From the IMG/VR virus record IMGVR_UViG_3300040801_001492, positions 1 through 64,000 of that record: DNA of 64,000 bases. One strand, given 5' to 3'. The notes beneath the pieces were generated by a model, which did not search any database, was not told the origin of the DNA, and saw only the letters and a list, made by a program, of their open reading frames with translations. The DNA is from a virus. The translations under genes were made by a program, and so were the position numbers. Of this stretch, positions 46,344 through 55,779 are shown piece after piece; position 1 is the stretch's first letter; every line of letters begins with the position of its first letter.

Positions 46344-47393
46344 ATGGATAAATCAATTATTGATTTTAACGATCCTATCTATGCTAATAGGTCTTTTGTT
46401 ACTAAAGAATCTTTATTGGAATATGTCAGTGAATATGATATTCTTAAGAATTATTATCCCGATATTGAACTAGGCACTGTAATCAATAGTCCTCTTCGTA
46501 AAGATAACCATCCTAGCTTTAGCTTATTCTATTCAGAAGCTAATGATTGTATTCTTTATAAAGACCAGGCTACAGGTGATATAGGTAATATCTTCGATTT
46601 TATACAAAGACTATACAATATACCCAGTTATGCTGATACCTTAGAACAGATAGCTACTGATTTTGGTATAGATAAATATTTTATTATCTCTAAACCAAAA
46701 ACTAAAAAACTTAAGGCAACTAAAGCATATCACACGTCTTATAAAGAAACATATACGTATGAGCTTAAGATAGTAGCTAGAGACTGGAAAGAATCAGATT
46801 TAGTTTTTTGGGATTCATTTGGTATATGTCTGGACACATTAAAACGATTTAATGTAGTACCTATAGAAGGTTATTATTCTAATAACCAAGGTACTTCTAT
46901 TTATGTTAATACAAGGGATTTAAGCTATGCTTTTTTAGAATATAAAGATTTACAACTTACTTATAAGATATATAGACCATTTCAGAGTAAAGAACGTAAA
47001 TGGCGAACTAATCATCCTTATGGTGTTCATCAGGGATATAACCAGTTACCTCATATAGGTGAACATCTGATAATCACCAAATCATTGAAAGATGTAATGT
47101 CTTTATATGATGTAGCATCTATTCCTTCTATTGCTATACAAGCAGAAACTAATTCTATTAAGCCTCAAGTTATGAATGAATATATCAGTAGGTTTAATAA
47201 TGTTTATACACTCTTTGATACTGATATAACAGGATTAGAAAGTATGCTTAAATATCTCAAAAAGTATAATATTATAGGTATTAGTATTCCTATAAAAAAA
47301 TATCCATTAGCAAAAGATTTTAGTGACTTAGTAAAATTTTATGGTAGTGAAAAAGCATTATATTTCTTAAATAACAAATTAAAAATTTCTTAA
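46344..47393 (+). CDS. DNA primase (DnaG/TOPRIM, crAss type)
   Basis: SPLRKDNHPSF, IITKSLKDVM, FDTDITG and KDFSD; start adjusted. Confidence 0.88.
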   Translation: MDKSIIDFNDPIYANRSFVTKESLLEYVSEYDILKNYYPDIELGTVINSPLRKDNHPSFSLFYSEANDCILYKDQATGDIGNIFDFIQRLYNIPSYADTLEQIATDFGIDKYFIISKPKTKKLKATKAYHTSYKETYTYELKIVARDWKESDLVFWDSFGICLDTLKRFNVVPIEGYYSNNQGTSIYVNTRDLSYAFLEYKDLQLTYKIYRPFQSKERKWRTNHPYGVHQGYNQLPHIGEHLIITKSLKDVMSLYDVASIPSIAIQAETNSIKPQVMNEYISRFNNVYTLFDTDITGLESMLKYLKKYNIIGISIPIKKYPLAKDFSDLVKFYGSEKALYFLNNKLKIS

Positions 47394-47395
47394 TT

Positions 47396-48100
47396 ATGGT
47401 AACAAAACTTATTTGTAAGACGCCTAAACATTATCAACTTACTGAAGGTAAAGTATATGAAGTAGTTGAATTTGTTAATGGTGAAACAAGTGTATTATTA
47501 ACTAATGATTTAGGTGTTCTAAAACGCTATTCCATGAAACTTTTTGAAAAAGAAGTAAGTGTAGATACTCTGTTTGATGAAATAATAAAAGAACTTAATT
47601 TTAAAATGCCTGTTACTCGTCCTCAAGGCAATTCTTCAGTAATTTACTTTGAAATTTTAGGACAACCTAATAATGGATTAACCTTATTTCGCTCACAGAC
47701 AAGTTGTAGCGTAAAAGATATAGAAGGTATAAATTCATTGATAGGTAGACTAAGAAGACTTATAGATCAGTATTTAGATCATAATGATAAGGTTAAACTA
47801 TTATCTGCTAATGACCGATATGAATTAAAGTCTATGTTAGGTACAGCATTGGCTGATAAAATAAACTGGACTGATATAATACAAGAAATAAAAGCAGTTA
47901 CCTTTTATTTTGTTACTACTCACTATGATAAACAAGATGGTGAAGATGTTTTTGGAGAAAATTTCAGAAATGTTTTAATGAAAACATTGCATTCTATATC
48001 TACTACACGTAACGAGAATATTAAAAATATAATAAGAAGAACTAAAAATTATTCAGGTCAAAATCTTATTGCATTAGTAATTCCAAATCCTATAAAATAA
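47396..48100 (+). CDS. Hypothetical with N-terminal SH3-like (DUF6501-like) domain
   Basis: LTEGKVYEV...NDLG....YSMKLF. Confidence 0.5.
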   Translation: MVTKLICKTPKHYQLTEGKVYEVVEFVNGETSVLLTNDLGVLKRYSMKLFEKEVSVDTLFDEIIKELNFKMPVTRPQGNSSVIYFEILGQPNNGLTLFRSQTSCSVKDIEGINSLIGRLRRLIDQYLDHNDKVKLLSANDRYELKSMLGTALADKINWTDIIQEIKAVTFYFVTTHYDKQDGEDVFGENFRNVLMKTLHSISTTRNENIKNIIRRTKNYSGQNLIALVIPNPIK

Positions 48101-48107
48101 TAAAATT

Positions 48108-48896
48108 ATGAAAATTCCGAAGATTGGTATTCCATTTTGGAGAATGGGAGATAATAGTTTAGGTGTAACATTGCCTTACTATACATATTTTGAACGTTTT
48201 GGTTATATTGTAGTGCTTAATCCCATGGTTGAACCAAATCAAGAATTATATACTGATATTGACCTATTAGTATTGCCTGGTGGTGCTGATATACTACCAG
48301 AAAGGTATAATCATATGCCTAGCCTGTTTACAGGTAAGCCGGACTTGATAAAAGATTATTTTGATATGCATGTACTTCCTAGGTATATTGCTGATACAGA
48401 TATTCCTATATTTGGTATATGTAGAGGTTTTCAATCTATAGCTGTACATTTTGGATATCCATTAATACAGGATATGTATCATGAAACTAATAAACCCGAT
48501 AAGAGGTGGGAAAATGTACATAAGCTGTCTGTTAATTCAGCTTTTGTAGAAGAGATGGCAAAATTTAACGAAAAAATAGAAGATAATTCTGATAAAATAT
48601 ATGATTCACTATATAATATTAAATTACCTTTTAATCGTGAATATGACAAAATTAAGAAAAGAAATCTTATTACTTTTTCAGTTAATTCATTGCACCATCA
48701 GGCTGTATCTAGTACACAGATAGAAGAAGATAAATCTTTTAATATTATAGCCAAGTATCAAGGTGCTTTTGCTCCTTTTATTGAAGCAATGGTTTCTGAA
48801 GATAGCAGAATAGCAGGAGTACAATATCATCCTGAAGAGCTGTTTGACGAACCAATAGCTAAGTATTTAATTTATAAATTATTATATAAAGTATGA
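48108..48896 (+). CDS. Class I glutamine amidotransferase, peptidase C26 (PuuD-like gamma-glutamyl hydrolase)
   Basis: LPGGADI, GICRGFQ, VNSLHHQAV and GVQYHPE. Confidence 0.92.
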   Translation: MKIPKIGIPFWRMGDNSLGVTLPYYTYFERFGYIVVLNPMVEPNQELYTDIDLLVLPGGADILPERYNHMPSLFTGKPDLIKDYFDMHVLPRYIADTDIPIFGICRGFQSIAVHFGYPLIQDMYHETNKPDKRWENVHKLSVNSAFVEEMAKFNEKIEDNSDKIYDSLYNIKLPFNREYDKIKKRNLITFSVNSLHHQAVSSTQIEEDKSFNIIAKYQGAFAPFIEAMVSEDSRIAGVQYHPEELFDEPIAKYLIYKLLYKV

Positions 48897-49270
48897 AAAA
48901 AGAAAGAATTTTTGTTTATGGTACCTTACTAGAAGGTTGTGGTAATCATCAATATTATCTGCGTGATGCTAAGAAACTAGGCGAACATATAACAGATTCA
49001 CAATTTACTATGCTACATTTAGGTGGTTTTCCTGGAGTTATAGGAATAGGTAATACAGCTATTAGAGGTGAAGTATATGAGATTACTGAAAATGAGTTTA
49101 GGGATATAGATGGTTTAGAAGGATATAATCCTAATAATCCTTCTTATGGTCTGTATGATAGAACACAAATAAAAACTCCATGGGGTAATGCATGGATATA
49201 CCTATATAATCATCGTGATAATCATCATTTTAATAAAATAACCTCAGGATCATGGAGAAACAAAGACTAA
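48893..49270 (+). CDS. Gamma-glutamylcyclotransferase (GGCT/AIG2-like)
   Basis: FVYGTL, GEVY, DGLEGY and YDR. Confidence 0.92.
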   Translation: MKKERIFVYGTLLEGCGNHQYYLRDAKKLGEHITDSQFTMLHLGGFPGVIGIGNTAIRGEVYEITENEFRDIDGLEGYNPNNPSYGLYDRTQIKTPWGNAWIYLYNHRDNHHFNKITSGSWRNKD

Positions 49271-50046
49271 GAAAACGCCGTGTACAGATACGTACAAGAA
49301 ATCATTCAGCTAGACCATTAAGGGGTAATATAATGGCTGACCGTTCAGCTATTGTACGATTAGGTTCACTTACTACATTAGAGGATGCCTATACAAGAAA
49401 GAAAAATCTTAATAATATTGTTGAGATAAATACTGTGGAAGCTGTACAGAACAGTAGAGATAAATTTGCTATGAAAAAATGTTTTGATAATGCAAAAATC
49501 TCTCATGCAGACTATTACATTGATTCTACTAAAATAGATGATAGTATAGATTATCCTATTGTAGCTAAACGTAGATTTGGTTTTAAAGGTAGAGGTATGT
49601 ATCTACTATTTTCCAGAGGTGAATTTTTAAACTTTATGGAAAAGCAATATGATAAAGACTACTTCTTTGAAAAATTCTATAATTATGCACGTGAATATAG
49701 GCTACATATATGTAATGGTCAAATATTTATGGTGTGGCGTAAGTTACGTAAGAAAGATGCTGAAGAAAGGTGGTATTTTAATGATTCTAACTGTAACTGG
49801 GTAAGTGAACAGCATGAGTTATTTAACAAACCAGTTAACTGGAAAGATATATGTAAGCATAGTATAAAGGCAATGAAAGCTGTTGGATTAGATTTAGGAG
49901 CTGTTGATGTGAGGGTACAATCTGATAAGCACGAAACACCGTTATTTATTATTTGCGAAGTAAATAGTGCTCCTGCCTTAGGTAATAGGGGCATTGAAGA
50001 ATATAAAAAACAAATCCAAAATTTTATTGATAATTATGAAAAATGA
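49252..50046 (+). CDS. RimK-like ATP-grasp ligase
   Basis: SRDK, YPIVAK, GRG, EYRLH, GLDLGAVDV and EVNSAP. Confidence 0.9.
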   Translation: MEKQRLRKRRVQIRTRNHSARPLRGNIMADRSAIVRLGSLTTLEDAYTRKKNLNNIVEINTVEAVQNSRDKFAMKKCFDNAKISHADYYIDSTKIDDSIDYPIVAKRRFGFKGRGMYLLFSRGEFLNFMEKQYDKDYFFEKFYNYAREYRLHICNGQIFMVWRKLRKKDAEERWYFNDSNCNWVSEQHELFNKPVNWKDICKHSIKAMKAVGLDLGAVDVRVQSDKHETPLFIICEVNSAPALGNRGIEEYKKQIQNFIDNYEK

Positions 50047-50932
50047 TATTTTTATTTTTGATAGTATAGGATCAGACCCTGAGTTTTTCTTAACTGATGA
50101 GAATGGTAAATATGTTTCTGGTGCTTTAGTCACTACAGGAGGTAAGCGTAAGCCGGAAAAATTAGATAAATTAGGTTTTAATATCTTTACTGATAATCTG
50201 GCAGTAGAAGGTAATATACCACCAGCATCAACATTTGATAAGTTTAATAATAATATGCTTAAGCTTATTGATTATATAGGTGAAAGAGCAGAACAGAAGA
50301 ACCTTAGTGTAGCTCATGTTGGTCAGGCTGAGTTTAGTACAGAAGATTGTAATAGTATACAAGGACAGGAATTTGCCTGCTCAGCATCATTATATGCATG
50401 GCAGGGTATATATTATAAAACATTTGATGCTGTATCTATCAATGCCTGTCGTACTACAGATTTTTCTAGAGATAGAATGAGAACAGCTGGTTTTCATATT
50501 CATATAGGCTATCATGTAGAAAATAAAACTTTTACTGATCCTTTAGTATATGACTTACTAGTGGCTAAAATATTTGACCTGTTTGTTAGCTTACCTACTC
50601 TTGAGATACAGAATAAAGAAACGTTCAGAGAAGAAAATTTTGGTTTATTAGGTAACTTTAGAAGCAAAAGATATGGTGTTGAATGTAGGTCGTTAAGCGG
50701 TTATTTTACTCATCCTACTTATTATAAATGGCTGTGGACACAGATACAACACATGTTTGAATATATCAACTCATTAAGTAAAGATGAGCTTACAGAGCTT
50801 CTGGAACTGCATATTTTTGATGCTCCTAATAAAGCTATGGTAAAACAAGAGTTTGAGAAATTTTCACCAGAGACTCCTGATATGATACATCACTTTTCTA
50901 ATTTAATTAATATTAATACTTATGCAATATAA
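50036..50932 (+). CDS. phiEco32-like COOH-NH2 ligase (type 2)
   Basis: GSDPEFFL, DNLAVE, RTAGFHIHIG and GNFRSKRYGVECRSLS; start adjusted. Confidence 0.88.
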   Translation: MKNDIFIFDSIGSDPEFFLTDENGKYVSGALVTTGGKRKPEKLDKLGFNIFTDNLAVEGNIPPASTFDKFNNNMLKLIDYIGERAEQKNLSVAHVGQAEFSTEDCNSIQGQEFACSASLYAWQGIYYKTFDAVSINACRTTDFSRDRMRTAGFHIHIGYHVENKTFTDPLVYDLLVAKIFDLFVSLPTLEIQNKETFREENFGLLGNFRSKRYGVECRSLSGYFTHPTYYKWLWTQIQHMFEYINSLSKDELTELLELHIFDAPNKAMVKQEFEKFSPETPDMIHHFSNLININTYAI

Positions 50933-52916
50933 TAAATACAACCTTATTCTTCTTGTTATTGTTGTAATCTTCTATATCATGTTGCCTGAAGATATAACAG
51001 CTGCGTGTGGTTTATTTGCTTTCTTCGGTTCTAATCCTACCAAATATTTTAGCTGGAAAGATTTTAAGATATTAGGTGTTTTTAATGATGCCAGAGGTAA
51101 TGATGCGTGCGGTATAACAACAAACGATAATGTACAGAAATATTGGCATCAGGGTATTGTTGAGTTTAAGGATGCTATAATAAAGAAAGAGATAATACAC
51201 AATTTTACTGTTAAAGACCATATCTTAGGACATACAAGAAAAGCATCTAGTGGAGGTAATTGTATAGACACAGCACAACCTTTAATATTCTATAAAAACG
51301 ATGGCCCCCCATTATCGAAAGCATATAAAGATGAAAATTATAGGCTTTGGTTGAAAAAACAGCCTAAGAAAAGTATTGTTTTTAGTGGTATACATAATGG
51401 TACAATACATAATATAGATAAGTTAGCAGAAAAATATCATGTTAAAACGAAAGATAAGAATGACACTGCTATGTTATTTGAGATACTGTTTAAAGGACAT
51501 TATGAAGTACTAACTGAATATGAAGGTACAGCATCATTAGTTTTTTATGATTACTATACCGAACAGATATATATCTGGAGAGGCGAATCCTTGGCTTACA
51601 GCAGTAGTGTTGCTGTTTCTGAAGAAAGACCATTATTTTATTATGCCCCTGCTAAGAATAATTTCTATTTATCTTCTTTAAAAAACTCATTACTATTTAT
51701 AGGAGCTCCTGAGAACCATGCAATGGAAGTACCTTCTAATACTCTGTTTGTATATCATAAAGGAAAACTGGTAAGTAATGTAGCTTATGATAGGTCGAAA
51801 GCTAAACAGGTAGTTACATATTCTTCTACAGGTAATGCATGGAATTACAGAGATAGTAATAATTCATGGGATAGGTATTCTGCAAGACATTATACGCCTG
51901 CTATACAAGGATTTCATAATAATAAGTATGGTAATAATAATACAACAGATAAGCTACGTAAAGATGATACTAAGCGTCTTTATCTTGTAACATCTGGTTC
52001 ATTCTCTAAAGGAGCTTATAGGCTAATAAATGAGAATGTAGCAGCTATTGCAATAAATAACCCACGCAGATTAGCTTTTTGTAAAGGTAGATATTGGTAT
52101 GGTAATAATTTAGCACATGGTCTATTGCCTGTTAATACTTTAGGTATCATACCACATAAAAAACAATTACCTCTAGCTATTTCTAAAGCTAAACTATATG
52201 GGTTTATTGAAGGTGTACTGGTAGAAGATTTAGCATCATATTTTATTATGCAAGATACTTATAATAACATATTAGCAGATTTAATTGAAGCAGATAAGAT
52301 TGATATAAATGATATTATTCTAAAAGAGAGGGATTTACTAGAAAATTTAGCTTTCTTTACTGACCATTTTACTGATAGTATAGTATCAGTAAGTGAGATT
52401 GAAGCAGTTAAGTTTTTAAACAATCGTAATGAATATCATTATTATACAGGTGTTACACATCCTAAATTCTCTAATAGGAAATATGCTTTTGAAAATGGTG
52501 ACCTTAATTACATAGAATATATGAGTAATATATCTTATGATCTTAACCATACACAGGAAGATGTTACTGAAGTATTGGATTATATAGAAACACCTATGGA
52601 ATTTTATGCAGAGAAAGGACAAGCTGAATCAGATATAGATGCTATAGGTAGAATACTTATACAACAAAAAGACAAAGATATACCTATTTCTTTCTTTACT
52701 AAAGTTTTAAGAGGTGAAATAGAATATGATATAAATACTAGTCTTAAAGAAGAATTTCTTTTAGCTAAATCAATATATTATAAAACATTCTATTCACATC
52801 TAAAATTTAATAGATGTGATAAAGACCAGTGTAAAGACTGTTCTTATTATGAGAAATATTTAGAATATTGTATACGTTGTGTACAAGAATCAAGTTTAAA
52901 AATTGTTACAAAATAA
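50922..52916 (+). CDS. Class II (Ntn) glutamine amidotransferase with N-terminal leader and long C-terminal extension
   Basis: CGLF at residue 29; RGNDACG, GHTRKAS, HNGTI, NDT and ERPL. Confidence 0.88.
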   Translation: MQYNKYNLILLVIVVIFYIMLPEDITAACGLFAFFGSNPTKYFSWKDFKILGVFNDARGNDACGITTNDNVQKYWHQGIVEFKDAIIKKEIIHNFTVKDHILGHTRKASSGGNCIDTAQPLIFYKNDGPPLSKAYKDENYRLWLKKQPKKSIVFSGIHNGTIHNIDKLAEKYHVKTKDKNDTAMLFEILFKGHYEVLTEYEGTASLVFYDYYTEQIYIWRGESLAYSSSVAVSEERPLFYYAPAKNNFYLSSLKNSLLFIGAPENHAMEVPSNTLFVYHKGKLVSNVAYDRSKAKQVVTYSSTGNAWNYRDSNNSWDRYSARHYTPAIQGFHNNKYGNNNTTDKLRKDDTKRLYLVTSGSFSKGAYRLINENVAAIAINNPRRLAFCKGRYWYGNNLAHGLLPVNTLGIIPHKKQLPLAISKAKLYGFIEGVLVEDLASYFIMQDTYNNILADLIEADKIDINDIILKERDLLENLAFFTDHFTDSIVSVSEIEAVKFLNNRNEYHYYTGVTHPKFSNRKYAFENGDLNYIEYMSNISYDLNHTQEDVTEVLDYIETPMEFYAEKGQAESDIDAIGRILIQQKDKDIPISFFTKVLRGEIEYDINTSLKEEFLLAKSIYYKTFYSHLKFNRCDKDQCKDCSYYEKYLEYCIRCVQESSLKIVTK

Positions 52917-52922
52917 AATATA

Positions 52923-54395
52923 ATGACAGCATATACAAAAGATATAGACGCAGTAGTTACTACCGTACAAGGAAAGAAAACCTTACGCAAATATTGTCGT
53001 TATATAGGCAAAGAGTATCATGAGATTAATGTAGATTGTTTTAAAATTAATGGTACATGGTATAGAACTAAAGGTGATAAAATTATTTATGATTATGAAC
53101 TATATAAATGGAGACTTAAATCAGATGCTCCTTTTGTAAGAGGTGTAATTGATATTCTACCTAATAATGAATATCAATACGGTCATTTTACTCCTTTGAA
53201 AGGAAAAAATATTGATATTATGGTAGGTAAATCATTATATAGAATAATGACTGGTATAGATATATCATTGATAGAAAAAGGTAGCCTTATTGAAGGTCGT
53301 AATGGTGTCTTCTATTCAGCTGAAATAAAAGATTCTTTTAAAAAAGAATTAGACCAGTATGTTAATATTGGTGGAAGACAAGCATCTTTTTATAATATAT
53401 CATGGGATTATAGCTCTGAATATAATATACCTGAATTTCAAAATGTATTTAGTAATACAAAACTAAAAGGTAAACTATATAATAATTATTATAATTATCT
53501 AAAATATACTTTCGGGATTGAGTTTGAAACAGATAATGGTGCTATTCCTGAGAGGTATCTTAGACCGATGGGTTTAATACCTTGTAGAGATGGTAGTATA
53601 GGTGGTTTCGAATATGTTACTGTACCGTTATATCAGGAGAAAGGTATACAGGCTGTACATGAGCACTGTAAATTATTATCTTATTTTTGTGTTATCAATA
53701 AATATAATTCCGTACATCTTCATCTAGGAGGTTATCCTAGAACAAAAGAACATGTTGTGGGATTATATAGAATGTTAACATTTTTACAGGACGATATATA
53801 TAAATTATTTCCTTCTGCATATAGAAATACTAGTTTATTTAAAAGACGTTCTTATTGTGAGCCTTTAGCTTATGTACCAGGTTCGCAAGATATTGATAAC
53901 TCATTAAGTAATATTATTGCAAGATTAGGAGGACGTTATGATGGTACTTTACCAGAAGGTCAACATCATCCTATGGATTTTACAGGTGAACATAAGTGGC
54001 AAATTAGTCCTAGATATAAAATAATAAATCTTATTCCTCTAATCTGGGGTAATAGAGGTACTGTCGAGTTTAGAGTACACACACCTACTATAGATTTTAA
54101 TAAAGTTATTTATTGGTTATTTATATGTTCAGCTATTTTACAATATGCAGAACAAAAATATATGAAATTTACTGTACCAACAAATAATTTTCAAAAATCA
54201 GTATCGTTATCTAAGATTATGAAAACTGTTTATCCTCTTGATATAGCTAATAAGATTATTGACTATATAGATGTTAGGACAAAATACTATGCAAATGGTA
54301 ATGATCCTTCAGGTGAACACGAAGTATTAGATGAGACTAAGCTTAGAACACTTCCTGTTAATAATATTAACCCTTTAATTAGAGTATATGAATAG
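52923..54395 (+). CDS. Amidoligase (COOH-NH2 ligase, Amidoligase_2-like)
   Basis: TFGIEFE, DGSI, EYVT, SVHLHLG, RY..INL and TVEFR. Confidence 0.88.
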   Translation: MTAYTKDIDAVVTTVQGKKTLRKYCRYIGKEYHEINVDCFKINGTWYRTKGDKIIYDYELYKWRLKSDAPFVRGVIDILPNNEYQYGHFTPLKGKNIDIMVGKSLYRIMTGIDISLIEKGSLIEGRNGVFYSAEIKDSFKKELDQYVNIGGRQASFYNISWDYSSEYNIPEFQNVFSNTKLKGKLYNNYYNYLKYTFGIEFETDNGAIPERYLRPMGLIPCRDGSIGGFEYVTVPLYQEKGIQAVHEHCKLLSYFCVINKYNSVHLHLGGYPRTKEHVVGLYRMLTFLQDDIYKLFPSAYRNTSLFKRRSYCEPLAYVPGSQDIDNSLSNIIARLGGRYDGTLPEGQHHPMDFTGEHKWQISPRYKIINLIPLIWGNRGTVEFRVHTPTIDFNKVIYWLFICSAILQYAEQKYMKFTVPTNNFQKSVSLSKIMKTVYPLDIANKIIDYIDVRTKYYANGNDPSGEHEVLDETKLRTLPVNNINPLIRVYE

Positions 54396-54651
54396 AGAAG
54401 AACAAATACAATATAGTAAAAATCTTGTTAGTAAAGAGCTTATACTACTTTATGGAACTGCTATACAGGATTTATATGCTTATCAAGAGATGAATGATGA
54501 TAATATTAATCCATTACGGCTATTTATTGAGAATGAGATAGAGAAATGCGATTTGATAAGTGAAAATGAAAAATACTATAGCTTAACAGTAATTGATTCG
54601 TTAATTTTACATTTAATAGAACTAATAGAAGATGAAAGAAAAATACAATAA
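54388..54651 (+). CDS. Hypothetical protein
   Basis: ORF track; overlaps both neighbours. Confidence 0.6.
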   Translation: MNREEQIQYSKNLVSKELILLYGTAIQDLYAYQEMNDDNINPLRLFIENEIEKCDLISENEKYYSLTVIDSLILHLIELIEDERKIQ

Positions 54652-55750
54652 TTTATTGGCTGATTATTTAGCAGAAAGACAAGTACTGAAAACACCTGAA
54701 GAATATTTTAAATATCCAGCACTATCTTCTTCTATAATAAAGAATGTCTGTTATGATCCTTCTGTATTAGACAAGCCACGTGATACACTACCTAGCTTAT
54801 ATATGAATCTAGGTAGTGCTGTTGACCTAATGGTCACACAACCTGATAATACAGAAGATATAGTTGTAATGGATAGTATACCCAGTGATAATAATATTCA
54901 AATGATTGAGTTAGTATTACAACATTATCCTGATATACAGTCTTTGGAAGAACTGAATGATGAACAGGTGTCTTATCTTTATGATACTATAGGTTCACGT
55001 GTTAATTGGGGTATAAAAGTTAAAAAAGATAAGCTGGTTGATTATTCTAATGATTATTTTGTTAAGATAAAAAATAATAAAAATAAAATTATTTTAACAA
55101 AACCTTTATATAGCCTTGCTACAGATATAAGTTTAGCATTACAGACATATCCTACTACCAAACATTTGTTTAATGGTAGTAATGAGAGGTTTACTATTTT
55201 TTATCAATATAAGGTAACATTTAGTTTTAGTGGTTTAGAATTTAAAAGTATGTTTGATATATTGGTTATAGATAATGTACATAAAACAATATCTATCTAT
55301 GACCTTAAGGTAGGTGGTAATCCTTTTCTCAGTAGTTTTTATAAATTCAAATGGTATTATCAGGCAGGATTATATCAATTAGCATTATCAAAACTAATGT
55401 TTGAATTTAAGAAAATATCAAATGCTCATAAATCTTTTGGAGAAGAATATAATGTTGAAGATTTTACTTTTATACATGTTAATACAAACAATATAAAACA
55501 CATCTTCCAATATAGTGTACCTGAAGAACTACAAGATACAATAGTTAGTACAGGTTTATCAGAAGGGTTTAAATATATATATTCTTTACGTGGTATTATA
55601 AAAGCTATTAATTATTATATGGAAGCTGTAGAAGGAAATGAAAATTCATCTGTTACATATGATAATGTTATGCCATATGTATTACATATAAATAAGGGAG
55701 TAATTCCTTTATTTTATTATATGGACACAGACCTAGGTATTTTGCAATAA
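54632..55750 (+). CDS. PD-(D/E)XK exonuclease (RecE/ExoVIII-like)
   Basis: LSSS.IK, GSAVD, FKSMFD...YDLK and YYQAGLY. Confidence 0.75.
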   Translation: MKEKYNNLLADYLAERQVLKTPEEYFKYPALSSSIIKNVCYDPSVLDKPRDTLPSLYMNLGSAVDLMVTQPDNTEDIVVMDSIPSDNNIQMIELVLQHYPDIQSLEELNDEQVSYLYDTIGSRVNWGIKVKKDKLVDYSNDYFVKIKNNKNKIILTKPLYSLATDISLALQTYPTTKHLFNGSNERFTIFYQYKVTFSFSGLEFKSMFDILVIDNVHKTISIYDLKVGGNPFLSSFYKFKWYYQAGLYQLALSKLMFEFKKISNAHKSFGEEYNVEDFTFIHVNTNNIKHIFQYSVPEELQDTIVSTGLSEGFKYIYSLRGIIKAINYYMEAVEGNENSSVTYDNVMPYVLHINKGVIPLFYYMDTDLGILQ

Positions 55751-55779
55751 TTTTAGTAACTTTGTATAAAAATTTTTAT

